A stretch of DNA of 63,550 nucleotides, counting the filler, from Chiloscyllium plagiosum (taxonomy: Eukaryota), in NCBI RefSeq assembly GCF_004010195.1. It is 3 parts of one record of this genome, joined end to end, with 100 filler letters (N's around TTAATTAATTAA, not from the genome) between each part and the next. Parts side by side here need not be neighbours in the genome. Positions count along the whole stretch, not along the records: positions 28,655 to 60,228 come from NC_057712.1; 2 more parts are not named here. The stretch is one strand, 5' to 3'. A model generated the notes under the pieces. That model did no database searches and was not told the DNA's origin. It worked only from the letters and a program-made list of their open reading frames with translations. Below are positions 37,063 through 49,490 of this stretch, one piece after another (within the stretch, counting starts at the first letter, position 1; each line of letters begins with the position of its first letter). A program made the position numbers and the translations under genes.

Positions 37063-38131
37063 TGAAAAAAAGAAGAGTTTGGAAAGGGAATGGCGATTTG
37101 TAAGAACACTAAAAGGGTGAGTATTTGTGGAGGCGTGTGATGCCAGCATTTTGATAAGAATGGGGACATACCCAAGGAGAGGGCATTATATAAAATGTCA
37201 ACTAGCATGGATACCAGGAAAGGGAAGTGTGTTGGTCAGCTGTTCAGTCTGAGTGAAGTCATGTACAGGATGAGTTCAGAAGTACCACAAAGAGAAATAG
37301 GAGAGAACTCTGAGAAAGATCAGTGAAGAAGAATACTTCCTCCTCTGGAAGGAAGCAGTGTGTCCAATCACCAATGCAACTTCCCTTCCTTTTCTTGCTC
37401 CTTACTTTTCCTTTTACCTCCAGGTTCCACTTCTCTGTATCCACCTATTTTCTGTTTTCTTTTTTCCATCCCCCTTCCACCATCTCCCTTTCTCTGCCTC
37501 TTCTTTTCTTTATGTCTTACTAACTCTCATCATCCCTTGTCGCTCAAACCCTAGTGTATTCAATTCTCCCCTGATCTCGAACAATGACTAAATCCTATAC
37601 CTGGATTACACCATAGGAGATTGGCAAGTGAAATAAGAGTCATAGAGTCACACCCTTTGGTTCAACGCATCCATTTGGACCGATTTTCCCAAACTACATT
37701 AGTCCCACTTATCTGTGCTTGGCCCACATCCCTCCAAACCTTTCCTATTCATATACCTATCCAAATGCCTTTTAAATGTTGTAACTGTACCTGCATCCAC
37801 CATTTCCTCTGACAGTTCATTCCACACATGAACCACCCTATGTGTGAAAAAGCCACCCCTCAGATCCCCTCTAAATCTTTCTCCTCTCACCTTAAAAATA
37901 TGCTCCCTAGTTTTAAACTTTTCCACTCTAGGGAAAAGACCTTTGCTATTCACCATATCTATGCCCTTCATGATTTTATAAACCTCTATAAGATTAGCCC
38001 TCAACCTTCTAAATTCCAGTGAAAAAAAGTCCCAGTCTATCCTGCCTCTCCTTCTAACTTAAAGACTCCAGTCCCAGCAACATCCTGGTAAATCATTTCT
38101 GAGTTCTCTCCAACTTAATAATATCCTTCCT

Positions 38132-38753
38132 ATTAGTGAGTTTTGAGAAGATTTGTAGCTCAGGTTGAGGTTCTGGATATAGGTTTGCTCGCTGAGCTGG
38201 ACAGTTCATTTTCAGACATTTCATCACCATACTAGGTAACATTTTCAGTGAGCCTCTGGATGAAGCATTGCTGGTGTGTCCTGCTTTCTATTTATATGTT
38301 TGGGTTTCCTTCGGTTGGTAATGTCATTTCCTTTGGACCATTGGACAAACGGGCAGAAAACTAGCCACCAAGATACATGAACATCAACTAGCCACAAAAC
38401 AAAATGACCCTCTCTCACTAGTATCCTTACATACAGAAAAGGAAGGACACCACTTTGACTGGGACAACACATCCATTCTAGGACAAGCCAAACAGAGACA
38501 TGCATGAGAATTCCTAGAAGCATAGCATTCCAACTGGAACTCTATCAACAAACACATTGACTTGGATCCCACTTACAGCCCCATGAAAAAAACAGGAAAT
38601 GACATTACCAACCCAAGGAAACTCAAACATATGAATAGAAAGCAGGAAACACCAGCAGTGCTTTGTTCGGAGGCTCACTGAAGCTGTTACCTAGTATAGT
38701 GATGAAACATCTGAAAATGAACCTTCCAGCTCAGCAAGCAAGCCTACATCCAG
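38132..38753 (+). mobile_element. PLE family C (Poseidon-like): GIY-YIG C-terminus between long inverted repeats
   Basis: TSD atccttcct at 38123-38131 and 38754-38762; IGQTGRKLATKIHEH..GHHFDWDNTSILGQ..*EFLEA*HS; inverted arms ~38165-38332 and 38594-38752. Confidence 0.85.
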
Positions 38754-39099
38754 ATCCTTCCTTAAATATGGTGACCAGAGTTGTACACAGTAGTCCAAAA
38801 GTGGCCTCACCAATGTCCTATACAACTCCTATACTCAACGGTCTGAGCAATGAAGGAAAGTGTGCTAAACACCTTCTTAACCACCTTGTCTACCTGGACT
38901 CAACTTTCCAAGAACTATGTACCTGAACTCTAAGTCTCTGTGTTCAACAATATTACCCAGGGCCCTACCACTAATTGTAGAAGTCCTGCCTTTGTTTGTG
39001 TTACCAAAATGCAACACCTCACATTTATCCAAATTAAACTCCATTTGCCACTCCTCAGCCCATTGGACCAATTGGTCAAGATCTCTGAGCAAATCTTAG

Positions 39100-39852
39100 C
39101 AGGACTTATATACTTAATGGTAAGGTCCTAGGGAGTGTTGCTGAACAAAGAGACCTTGGAGTGCAGGTTCATAGCTCCTTGAAAGTGAAGTCGCAGGTAG
39201 ATAGGATAATGAAGAAGGCATTTGGTATACTTTCCTTTATTGGTCAGAGTATTGAGTACAGGAGTTGGGAGGTCATGTTGCGGCTGTACAGGACATTGGT
39301 TAGGCCACTGTTGGAATATTGCGTGCAATTCTGTTCTCCTTTCTATCGGAAAGATGTTGTGAAACTTGAAAGGGTTCAGAAAAGATTTACAAGGATGTTG
39401 CCAAGGTTGGAGGATTTGAGCTTTCGGGAGAGGCTGAACAGTCTGGGGCTGTTTTCCCTGGAGTGTTGGAGGCTGAGGGATGACCTTATAGAGGTTTACA
39501 AAATTATGAGGGTCATGGATAGGATAAATAGACAAAGTATTTTCCCTGGGGTCAGGGAGTCCAGAACTAGAGGGCAGAGGTTTAGGGTGAGAGGGGAAAG
39601 ATATAAAAAGAGACCTAAGGGGCAACTTTTTCACACAGAGTGTGGTATGTGTATGGAATGAGCTGCCAGAGGTGGTGGTGAAGGCTGAAACAATTGCAAC
39701 ATTTAAAAGGGATTTGGATGGGTTTATGAATAGGAAGGGTTTGGAGGGATATGGGCCGGGTGCTGGCAGGTGGGACTAGATTGAGTTGGGATATCTGGTC
39801 GGCATGGACAGGTTGGACCGAAGGGTCTGTTTCCATGCTGTACATCTCTATA
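39100..39852 (+). mobile_element. Younger CR1/HER1 3' fragment
   Basis: LYRTLVRPLLEYCVQF..LERVQKRFTRMLP..; complete tail. Confidence 0.9.
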
Positions 39853-41013
39853 ACCTCCCTCACTATCCACCAATTTTGATGTCATCAACAAACGTATTAA
39901 CCATGCCTCCTAACTTCTCATCCCAGTACAGATCCCTCTGGAACTCCAATGGTCACAGGCCTCCTGTTTGAAAAACAAGCCCCTCTGTCTCCTATCATAA
40001 AGCCAATTTTATATCCAATTGGAAAACTCTCCTTGAACCCCATGTGACCTAACTTTACTTATTAGTCTACCCCGTGGAACCTTGTCAAAGACTTTTAGTA
40101 AAGTCCATGCAATCACTGTTTACCGTTCTACCCTCATCAATCTTTTTGGTCACTTCCTCAAAAAACCCCAATCAACTTTGTGAGACACTCTTTCCCATTC
40201 TCAAAACCATGTTGACTATCCTTAATCCATCCTTGCCTCTCCAAATGCATGTAAATCCTATCTCTCAGAATCCCCTCCAACAACTTACACACCACCGATT
40301 GTCAGACTCTCAGGCTCAACCCGTTCAGATTGAAACCTTCTCTGGGGTGTTTACAGTAGGAAAGAAATGAGAATCGAGTGTCTGTCTTTGTCCCCACAGC
40401 AAATTAAAATACAACAGCTCCATGACCCAAGACGTAATATTCAAATTTGCTCTGGTATAATACACTGAGCTGCAAGCTTCAGAATCTATTGTACTGTTAT
40501 CCTTTACTGGTATACCCCATGAAATAAGGTTCCAGTGAAATGGGTAGAATGGAGTATGTGAAGATTGCAAATTGCTATTTAGTTTTCTGTAAGAAACAAT
40601 AGCAATTGACCTTTTGATTCATCCCTTATTTTTCTTTTTAACTGTCTCTTATGGAGCGATGCATTACATGAAATTGCTATTAACCCTGCAAAGCAGATGT
40701 ACAGAAAGCTATTGGCTCCTTGTGCCTGCAATTTTATGAGCAATATATATTTAAAATGTATCTAATGGCTCAGTGCAGCTCTCAGTAATTTGAGCAGTAA
40801 TGTCTACAGGAACTGAACAGCTTGCACTTAAATAATAAGAATGCCGACATCAACCCTGTGATTTAGTTAAACATATCAGGAGTGTTCAGGTCAATTGAAT
40901 AGATGTGTTTCTTCAGTGCGAATATTCTATGTATATGCATGTAACGTGGCCAATAGCAAAAGTAGCTGCTCAATATTTTGAAAAAAGAAAATGTGAGAAA
41001 ATTCCATCATCCA

Positions 41014-41625
41014 AAAATGTTGTGAAACTTGAAAGGGTTCAGAAAAGATTTACAAGGATGATGCCAGGGTTGGAGGATTTGAGTTACAGGGAGGGAGGAT
41101 ATGAGCTGAATAGGCTGGGGCTGTTTTTCCTGGAGCATCGGAGGCTGGGGGGTGACCTGAGGGGCATGGATAGGATAAATAGACAAGGACTTTTCCCTGG
41201 AGCTGAATAGGCTGGGGCTGTTTTTCCTGGAGCATCGGAGGCTGGGGGGTGACCTTTATAAAGGTTTATAAAATCATGAGGGGCATGGATAGGATAAATA
41301 GACAAGGACTTTTCCCTGAGGTAGGTGAGTCCAGAACTAGAGAGCATAGGTTTAGGGTGAGAGGGGAAAGATCTAAAAGAGACCTAAGGGGCAAGTTTTT
41401 ACACAGAGGGTGGTACGTGTATGGAATGAGCTGCCAGAGGAAGTGATGGAGGCTAGTACAATTGCAACACTTAAAAGGCATCTGGATGTGTACATGAATA
41501 GGAAGGGTTTAGAGGGATTTGGGTCAAGTTCTGTCAAATGGGGCTAGATTTATTTAGGATATCTAGTCGGCATGGACAAGTTGGACCGAAGGGTATATTT
41601 CTGTGCTGTACATTTCTATAACTCT
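41014..41625 (+). mobile_element. CR1/HER1 3' fragment with internal tandem duplication
   Basis: KLERVQKRFTRM; gctgaataggctggg...ggtgacct present twice (41105-41160, 41201-41255). Confidence 0.9.
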
Positions 41626-42239
41626 AATACAATCCTCGAGTGAGCACAACTCTGCAAAATTGAGTGGGTTTCATCAGCTTTTCATCTCTCTTGCTGTCTG
41701 TGTTTCTTTCCTTGTGAGAAAAGTGAAGAAAAAAGAAGGCCAAATCTTAGCATCCAACATGAGAGTCAAAGAGGGTTATCCAGCATTAATGTTGTGTGGA
41801 CAAGCTAGCCTTGTGGCCAGATTGCACGGCTGAATCACAATCTCCCAAGTGAGTTTCAGCTTCCTTGAGCAGATGGCTGATCCTCTTGCCTTATTTCTAT
41901 TGTCTGAGATTAAGAATCCATGGCGCTAGTCCAACTCTATAACAGGTACAATTGCCCATTTCAGTCACTGTTCTGGTAGCCAGAATGAGCTTAAAAGAAA
42001 AAATGTCATATAATTTGTCACCATCTTTCAGCTGAAATGCTGATTCTTCTCTGCCTTATCCTGAGATTGCTATCAACTACAAATGACAAGACTTGTGATT
42101 CCGAAAAGTGAGTATAGTGAAGATGGCAGGCTCCCACAACATTCCAGCTGTGGTGATGAACATCTGTGTTTCAGAACCAGCCAACCTATTGCGGTTAGCT
42201 GCAGTGATGGTGGCTGCCTGACAATGTGGGAAGTTAATA

Positions 42240-42365
42240 TAAAATAAACAACTGAGGATGCTGGAAATCGGAAACACAAACAATATTTGCTGGTGAAATT
42301 CTGGCCGCATCTGTGGAAAGAAAGCAGAGTTAGATGTTTTGGGGCCAGTGACCATTCTTCAGAAA
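42240..42365 (-). mobile_element. PLE terminal fragment (family D hammerhead remnant)
   Basis: Minus strand ttCTGAAGAatggtcactggccccAAAAcatctaac. Confidence 0.6.
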
Positions 42366-42820
42366 GTTGCCCAAATGTTCTCTGTCCATTATTTTTTTTT
42401 AAAAAGGAACAAGTTCAGCTTCAGGTCAGTTACCACCTCCTAACAATTAGCAAAGTGATTGAAGGAGTAATCAGTGTTATCAAGTGGCACTTATTCACCA
42501 TCTCGGTTTTGGTTCCACCAGGACATCAGCTCGAGATCATTTTTTCAGTCTTGGTCCAACCAGGAACAGAGAGAGTTGTATTTCAAGGATCATGTCAGAG
42601 TGACTATCCATGCCATCAAGGTAGCGTTTGACTGATTATTTGCACCAATGGGCTCTAGTCGAACTGAAGTTTATTGTGATTTGGGGTACGGGGTGAAAAC
42701 TATTCCATTGGTATCATTGGCATGATGTGAGATGGTTGTGTTTGTTGGAGGATTATCACCTCGGTTTCGGAGGAATGAACACTCAGAACCAGCTTCTTAA
42801 ACTATGCAATGGTGTATATT

Positions 42821-43048
42821 CTCGAGTGTGTGGTGCTGGAAAAGCACAGCAGGTCAGGCAACATCCATGGAGCAGGAGAATCAACGTTTCGGACAAAAGC
42901 CCTTCATTGGGAATCAACCCTTCTGATGAAAGGCTTTTGCCCAAAGCATCGATTTTCCTGCTCCTCAGATGCTGCCTGACCTGCTATACTTTTCCAGCAC
43001 CACACTCTTGACTCTAATCTCCAGCATCTGTAGTCCTCACTTTCGCCT
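42821..43048. mobile_element. Mini fold-back PLE (family A) with two opposed hammerhead remnants
   Basis: TSD aatggtg(t/c)atatt at 42808-42820 and 43049-43061; inverted arms; inserted in an old LINE fragment. Confidence 0.85.
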
Positions 43049-43220
43049 AATGGTGCATATTGCATAAAGGTTAGCTCTTCTTATATATCCTAAATGTGTA
43101 ATGTAGTTCATGATTCCACATTGTGAATTGTTCACGCTCATCTTGGACTGAGAAGTTACAAGTAACGTTTGCATCTACAAGTTTTAAGCAATGATTACCT
43201 CCATCAAGAGAGAATCTCAA

Positions 43221-43548
43221 GGCGACAATGAGCTAATGGTATCATGTTACTCCAGAGCCTCAGATAATATTCTGGGCACCTGGGTTCCAATCCTGCTGGG
43301 GTAGATGGTGGAATTTGAATGCAATAAAAATTTGGAATTAAAAACCTAATAAAGACCATGAATCTATTATTGATTGTTGGGAAAACCCCATTTTCTGGGA
43401 AGGAAACTGCCATCTTTACCTAGTCTGGCCTACATGTGACTGCGGACCCACAGCAATGTGGTTGACTCTTAACTGCCCTCTGGGCAATTAGGGATGGACA
43501 ATAAATGCTGGTCTAGCCAGTGATGCCTTTATCTCATGAATGAATAAA
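43221..43548 (+). mobile_element. Second SINE family (tail shared with the 34100-35012 LINE)
   Basis: B-box-like gggttccaatcc; tail gggcaattagggatggacaataaatgctgg...atgaatgaataaa. Confidence 0.75.
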
Positions 43549-44265
43549 GAACACTGAGCAATTTCTGTTTTTTACATATGAGCTCGATAGATTATGACCA
43601 TCAAAATACTTTTGTTGATTCAGTTTTTCTCTCTGCAAATGCTGGTGGACTCACTGAATAGTTCAAGTTTTTCGGTTTCTATTTCATTCTCAATCTGATC
43701 TATTCTCATCTGAGAATAAACGTTCATTTTGTAATTTGGCTATACATGTTTGAAATGGCCTTATCAAATAAAGATTAAGTTGTATCTTTGCACTAATGTT
43801 CGTTAAACTTTTCAAATGTTTGAAGTTTACGCAAAGCCTCTTCATCTCATTCTTTTTTCTCGAATTTTCCCCATCAGTCAGGTTATTGGTTACCTGCCCT
43901 ATCCACTCTTCACTTGACTTGACAACCTGGAAAAGAATGACTTGCTTTTATGAGACAGAAACCCAGAAATTGAAGTCACTGGTTCAATAGCGAAAAACCA
44001 GTGAATATTCGGGGGGATGAAAGAAACAGCCTTCACTAATGGGAAGAAACACTGGTAACCTTGGGTGAAAAACTACTTCAAAACTATTTGACAATGCTTC
44101 TTCCAAATCAAAACAGCAAATAAATGGATATTGAAACATATTCACCTAAGAAAAGGTTTGCATTCCATTTGCAAATAAAATATGCCTCACAAAAAGTGTA
44201 ATGGGATCTCTTTATGCAGGGGATTTACAGTTCATGGTATTCCTTACTCCTTAAGTTTCTTTGTT

Positions 44266-44640
44266 TTTGTACAAAGTTAAAAATCACGCAACACCAGGTT
44301 ATAGTCCAACAGGTTTAATTGGAAGCACTAGCTTTCGGAGCACTGCTCCTTCATCAGGTGGTTGTGGAGGACACAATTGTAAGACACAGAATTTATAGCA
44401 AAGATTTACAGTGTGATGTAACTGAAATTATACACTGAAAAATACCTTGATTGTTTGTTGAGTCCTTCATCTGTTAGAATGACCATGAAAGTTTCACTTC
44501 TTTCATATGTAAATCACAAAACTTTTATTAAAAGTTACATTCTCAGGTTAACGGTAACAATTGGTGTCAGCACAGATAATATGTTGAAGGTGTTAGCCCA
44601 CTGTGTTCGTTCTCTGTGCTATAATGTTTAGACTGATTTG
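44266..44640 (-). mobile_element. PLE family B 3' repeat
   Basis: Reverse complement closely matches 11240-11600. Confidence 0.9.
44326..44360 (-). ncRNA. Minimal hammerhead ribozyme motif, family B, intact
   Basis: Minus strand CAC-CUGAUGA-A-GGAGC(AGU)GCUCC-GAA-AGCU-A-GUG. Confidence 0.8.
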
Positions 44641-44819
44641 TAATTTACCAACTTTTTAAACACACATTTAACATCACCTCCCCACTATTTGTTCACCTCA
44701 GTCTTTTTACTCTTTTATGTTTTGAGATTATGTTGCTATATTTCAAAGAAATGTGTATGATATGGGGAGGTCATATGGGCCTCATGCTTTTTAATTACCA
44801 GACCATCAATCCAGAATTG

Positions 44820-45088
44820 GTCTGGATTACTGGTCCAGTAATGCTCTGGAGACCCAGGTTCAAATTTGAATTCAATCTATAAAGCAATCAGGAATTAAGA
44901 TCCTAATGAGGACCCATGAAACAATTGTGGGAAAAAATGCAGCTGGTTCATTGATGTTGTATTGGGAAGGAAATCTGCTATCCTAACCTGGTCTGGCTAC
45001 ATGTGACTCTGGACCCACAGCTATGTGGTTGAGTCTTCACTGCCCTCTGGGCAATAAATACTGGCCTAGTCGATGACACTCACATCCG
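44820..45088 (+). mobile_element. Second SINE family copy
   Basis: ggaaggaaatctgc..ctggtctggctacatgtgact..cccacagc shared with 43221-43548. Confidence 0.7.
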
Positions 45089-45688
45089 TTGTTTTCACTT
45101 ACTTAGGATATGTGAATGGTTTGTGAAAAGAAGGCAAGTCTGAGTCTGCTAGGCAAGGTTTTTATTTTCAGCTTTGATGCTGGTGTAAATATCCTTCTTT
45201 TAAACTTCATTGGCACCATGTGATGAATGTATCTGTGAACATGGCTGTAAGCAATGGTGTGAAATAAGAGATTGAGCTTCGCATTGACTTACTAATATAA
45301 ATTGCATGCAAATACAGATTTCTTTTATCCCTCTGTAATCAATAACAAGAATTTAACTTTGGTAGGGAAGGTTTAATCTTCAAGTGAAAAGGCTATGTGC
45401 TGTTAAATATATTTCTGTTTTCAAGATTTTAGGTTTGAAGATATCAATTATGCCCAAAATGTGATTGTAGAGCCAGTAACTTTATAATATTCTATTAGGG
45501 CCCTGCATTGTGACCAAATACGAAATCATTTAGGGGCAAGCTAACCCTCTAGGAATTGCTGAGTAAAGACGAGCCTAAATTATTTAAAATACTTAATTGG
45601 AACTGCCAGTTTTTTTTTTCTCTCTCTCTCTCTCTCTCTCTCCAGTTTGGATAGTTATGATGAGGCAAGAAGCAGCTTCCCAATTCAG

Positions 45689-45758
45689 TCATGATTTGGA
45701 GATGCCAGTGTTGGACTGGGGTGTACAAAGTTAAAAATCACACAACGCCAGGTTATAG
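45689..45758 (-). mobile_element. 70-bp PLE family B tail-only insertion
   Basis: TSD tcccaattcag at 45678-45688 and 45759-45769. Confidence 0.8.
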
Positions 45759-46179
45759 TCCCAATTCAGGCAATTGAAGCTTCAGTATTTTAAGTACATC
45801 ATGTTCTGTAAGCTTAATTTTAAGCCACGTTTTCAAAATAATTCAAATTTAAGTCTAAGTTTACTTCATTAAGTTGATGTTTATATTTTTATGATGTTTT
45901 TAAAGAGTATTTTACTCAAGTTACAGAGTCATATTTTAGAGTGGGAGCCATCAACAATATATTTATTTTCTCTGGCAGCAATTCTTTATTTTCCTTTATA
46001 TTACTGAGTGTGAGGAGATCAAATAACTGACTCCCTGTGGAGTAGCACCAAGTATTCTCCTCCGCTCATCTGGCAGAAGACCCCCATATGTGTCTTTGTT
46101 AATTCCAGGTTTAGCTACTTCAGTGTTCTTCTTTGCTGGGATTTCTTATCACATGGTCCATAGTCCAAATTATCCAAAA

Positions 46180-46480
46180 TTCTGTTTGCCCTGATCACTA
46201 TTTGTGCAAAGTCTCATTCACTCGCTGTTCCTGTGTTTGCTGACTTACATTGACTGAAGTTTTGAGAGTCTCACCTTGTGTTCCAATCTCTCAATGGCAC
46301 TTTTCCTCCCTGTCATTGTCATCTCCTGGAATCCTCTGAGACTTCAATGACATCACTCGATTTTGGTATCTTGCTCAATCTTGATTTGCATCTTTCCAGC
46401 AAGGGTATGCTTTCATCTTCCTCGAATCTTATGCTTTGAAAATTCCCCCTTGAACTGCCTCACTTCACCTTCCTCCTTAA
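46180..46480 (+). mobile_element. Old L2 LINE fragment
   Basis: PVFADLH*L resembles the L2 PITPVLADLHWL motif. Confidence 0.5.
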
Positions 46481-46741
46481 CATCTGATATAATTCAGTTG
46501 AAATGGCCAGGGTGTGACCCAGGGAAGCTGCAAGGCCCCTTCGAGGCAAAACTTATTTGGCAGCAGGTTGGTGGATAAGCCCCCTGTGGTTGTCATAACT
46601 GGAAGTCCAATTTCTTCATGGGTGAACACAAAACGTTTTGGAAACTGGCTGGAGAAAGCTTTTTAAAGACTTTTAAGCCACATTGTCTTGAAAAGAAATC
46701 AGTCCACTCTAACTATGCCTTTCTCCAAAGCTCTGGCAGTG

Positions 46742-47165
46742 ATAGAACATAGAACAGTACAGCACAGTAAAGGCCCTTCGGCCCTCGGTACTGTGGCAGC
46801 CTTTTATGCTACTCTAAGATCAGACTAACCTACATACCCTTCATTGTACTGTCCTCCATGTGCCTATTCAAAGTTGCTTAAATGTCCCTAATGTATCTGA
46901 CTCTGCTACCACTGACAACAGTGCATTCTATGCACCACCACTCTCTGTGTGAAGAACTTACCTCTGACATCTCCCCTAAACCTTCTGCAAATTACCTTAA
47001 AATTATGCCCCCTCGCGATAGGTTTTCCCAGGGCAGAAATGGCTTTCTGGCTGTCCACCCTAACTATGCCTCTCAACATCTTGTACACCTCTATGATGTC
47101 ACCTCTCATTCTCCTCTGATCCTTTGAGAAAAGCCACCTAGCTCCCTCAACCTGTCTTCATCAGT
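46742..47165 (-). mobile_element. CR1 3' end
   Basis: MRGDIIEVYKMLRG..RGKFFTQRVV; catagaa tail. Confidence 0.85.
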
Positions 47166-47404
47166 CATGCTGTTGATGTTGATCTGAAGACGTCTCCTAG
47201 ATCTCTTTGAGTTCTGCAATAAAAGAATTTATTATGATTGAAACTGGTTCCGATATTATGATTAATGTTCATTGATAGACAATAGAAGCAAATATGTGAT
47301 CTTTCAGTGGTAAAGTTGTTTTGATTAAGTGGTTTATATGATCAAATGCCATTGAAACTAAATGGTGGTCTTCTACACTTGCAGATAACTCAATAACTTT
47401 GCTT

Positions 47405-47680
47405 TAGAATATAAAACGTTACAGTGCAGCACAGACCCTTCGGCCCTCGATGATGCACCTGTGAAACCTATCTATCCCACACTTTTCCATTTTCATCCAT
47501 ATGCCTATCCAAATGCCCTTAAAGTTGATGAGTCCACTACTGTTGTAGGCATGCCCCTACTACTCTGAGTAAAGAAACTACCTCTGACATCTGTCCTATA
47601 TCTATCATCCCTCAATTTAAAGCTATGTCCCCTTGTGCTAGCTCTCACTGTTCACTCTATCTAACCCTCTTACTATCTTA
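47405..47680 (-). mobile_element. CR1 3' end (internally deleted)
   Basis: cccttcggccctcgatg...ctctgagtaaagaaactacctctgacatc. Confidence 0.8.
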
Positions 47681-49139
47681 TATATTCTACTTCACAAACT
47701 TGAAGTCCTAGCATTTAGGAGTCTTCTGTGTCATTGATTTGGGGAAGGCTACAGCAATAGCAGGTGTGAAGTTCCACAGGAGAGCACTGCTTAGGCATGT
47801 CCGTTCATGATGAAGACCCTGCTCAGTATCATTGAATCTGAAACTCTCCTGAATCTTGCTGGTCGACTTAAAGTTGTGAAGTCACATGTCTGCTTGAAGT
47901 CCATCCTAACAGCCCCTCAGAATCCACGCCTAACAGGAACACAGGTTTTAAAAGTTGGCAATATCCTCATGACTATACTTTCATAACATATGAAACATTC
48001 TCACTACATTGTAAGGGGTACATAAAGTTGTTGTTTAGCATGGTGCAGGAGAGACTGGAAAAACGGTGGAATCACATACTGCCATCTGGTTCTGAAGAGC
48101 CCATAATGTGAACGTTCTCAACTTAATAACCCAGTTACTTAAAGTAGGGGTTTGACTTGATTATGGACTATTGCACAAAATCTGTACTTCTACAGAAATG
48201 ATTTATTTCCATAATTTATTTAAGTATTTTGATAAATGAACAATGTATCGGTGTTTTCTGCTTTGCTTAAATCTTCAGAACTCCCACTGTATCTCATGAT
48301 ATTTATTCATTACTCATGGTGTTCATTCTTCTTTGGAGATTTCAGGCTTTGTGTCAGTGGGCTAAGTTGACAGAGACTAACTGACCACATTAGCAGTTTC
48401 TCCAATTATAGCCTGTTCTTATAATTTGCCATAGCTGGCAGTTTATCTGCAGCACTTTCACTGAAAGGTAGTTATTTACAAAGCTATTTATATTGCACAG
48501 TTTCTGAAATCTCTGTACCATAAACAGAACAGGTGACACATTTTACGGAGACCATATTGTTCATTTGCCATCTGACCTTTCAATCCAGCTGCTCTCAGTT
48601 AACATAATCAACGTGCTGTTTTTTAGATGCAACATCTCCTTGGCCTTTACTCCAAGTCTGCAAAATTACTGCTATCACAAATTAACATTGACAAGTCAAC
48701 TCATGTTTGAATTAATAGTCTGATTCCAATATTTTTTCTTTAGCAATTCCAGAATGCCAGTGTTCTTAAAAAATAAACTGAAAATGCCCTCCCCTTTAAC
48801 GTCATCTTCAGATAGGTCCATTGGATTATCAACCATTTTTGAATTTCTCACTGTTGGTTATGAAATTGTCTGAGCTTAGCCAGGAGACAACTTTCACGAT
48901 ACAACATGATTGTTACCCCAGATGGATCACATTTCCTCATAACTCAGCCCCACTAAATGCAGAATGAGCCCCAGATTCTACTTAAGGAAATTCCTGGAAT
49001 AACTCCCTGCTTTCTCTCATACTGTTAAGAGACCCAGCACTGAGGATCTCACATTGTTTTATTTATAGATCTTACCTTGAGGTGTAAATCTTACCTGTTC
49101 TGTGAATCCAAAGTGTGTTACTTGCCAAAATTGTTTTAA

Positions 49140-49490
49140 AAACCGAAAGAATTGCTGGAAATCAAAAACAAAAATAGGAATTGTTGGAAAAGCTCAGCAG
49201 GTCTGGCAGCATCTGTGGAGAAAAAGTAGAATATCCACAGATTTTCTAGTCTGTCCTGCACTGTGCTAAACAACAACTTTATGTAGCCATTATAATGTAG
49301 TGAAAATGTTTCACATGTTTAGCCTGTGCGGTCATGAGGATATTACCAACTTTTAAACCTATATTCTTGTCAGATATAGACCCTGATGGGCGGTTAAGGT
49401 GGTCTCCAACCGGACCTAAAATGTTAAGTGTCCGTTCTCTCCACAGATGCTGCTGAGTTTTTCCAGCCATTTCTGTTGTTGTGGATATTT
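49140..49490. mobile_element. Fold-back PLE derivative enclosing an inverted copy of 47904-48070
   Basis: Arms 49140-49228 and 49405-49490 (gcagcatctgtggaga / tctccacagatgctgc); centre 49234-49399 is the reverse complement of upstream sequence. Confidence 0.7.

Larger units (their letters stand above)
37635..40300 (-). mobile_element. Older CR1 RT fragment interrupted by a PLE and a younger CR1
   Basis: Segments 37635-38131, 38754-39090 (LRDLDQLVQWAEEWQMEFNLDKC) and 39860-40300 are colinear on the minus strand. Confidence 0.8.

Noticed and set aside
40325..40590. Minus-strand open frame after a good acceptor
   Set aside because: No recognisable homology and no linked exon
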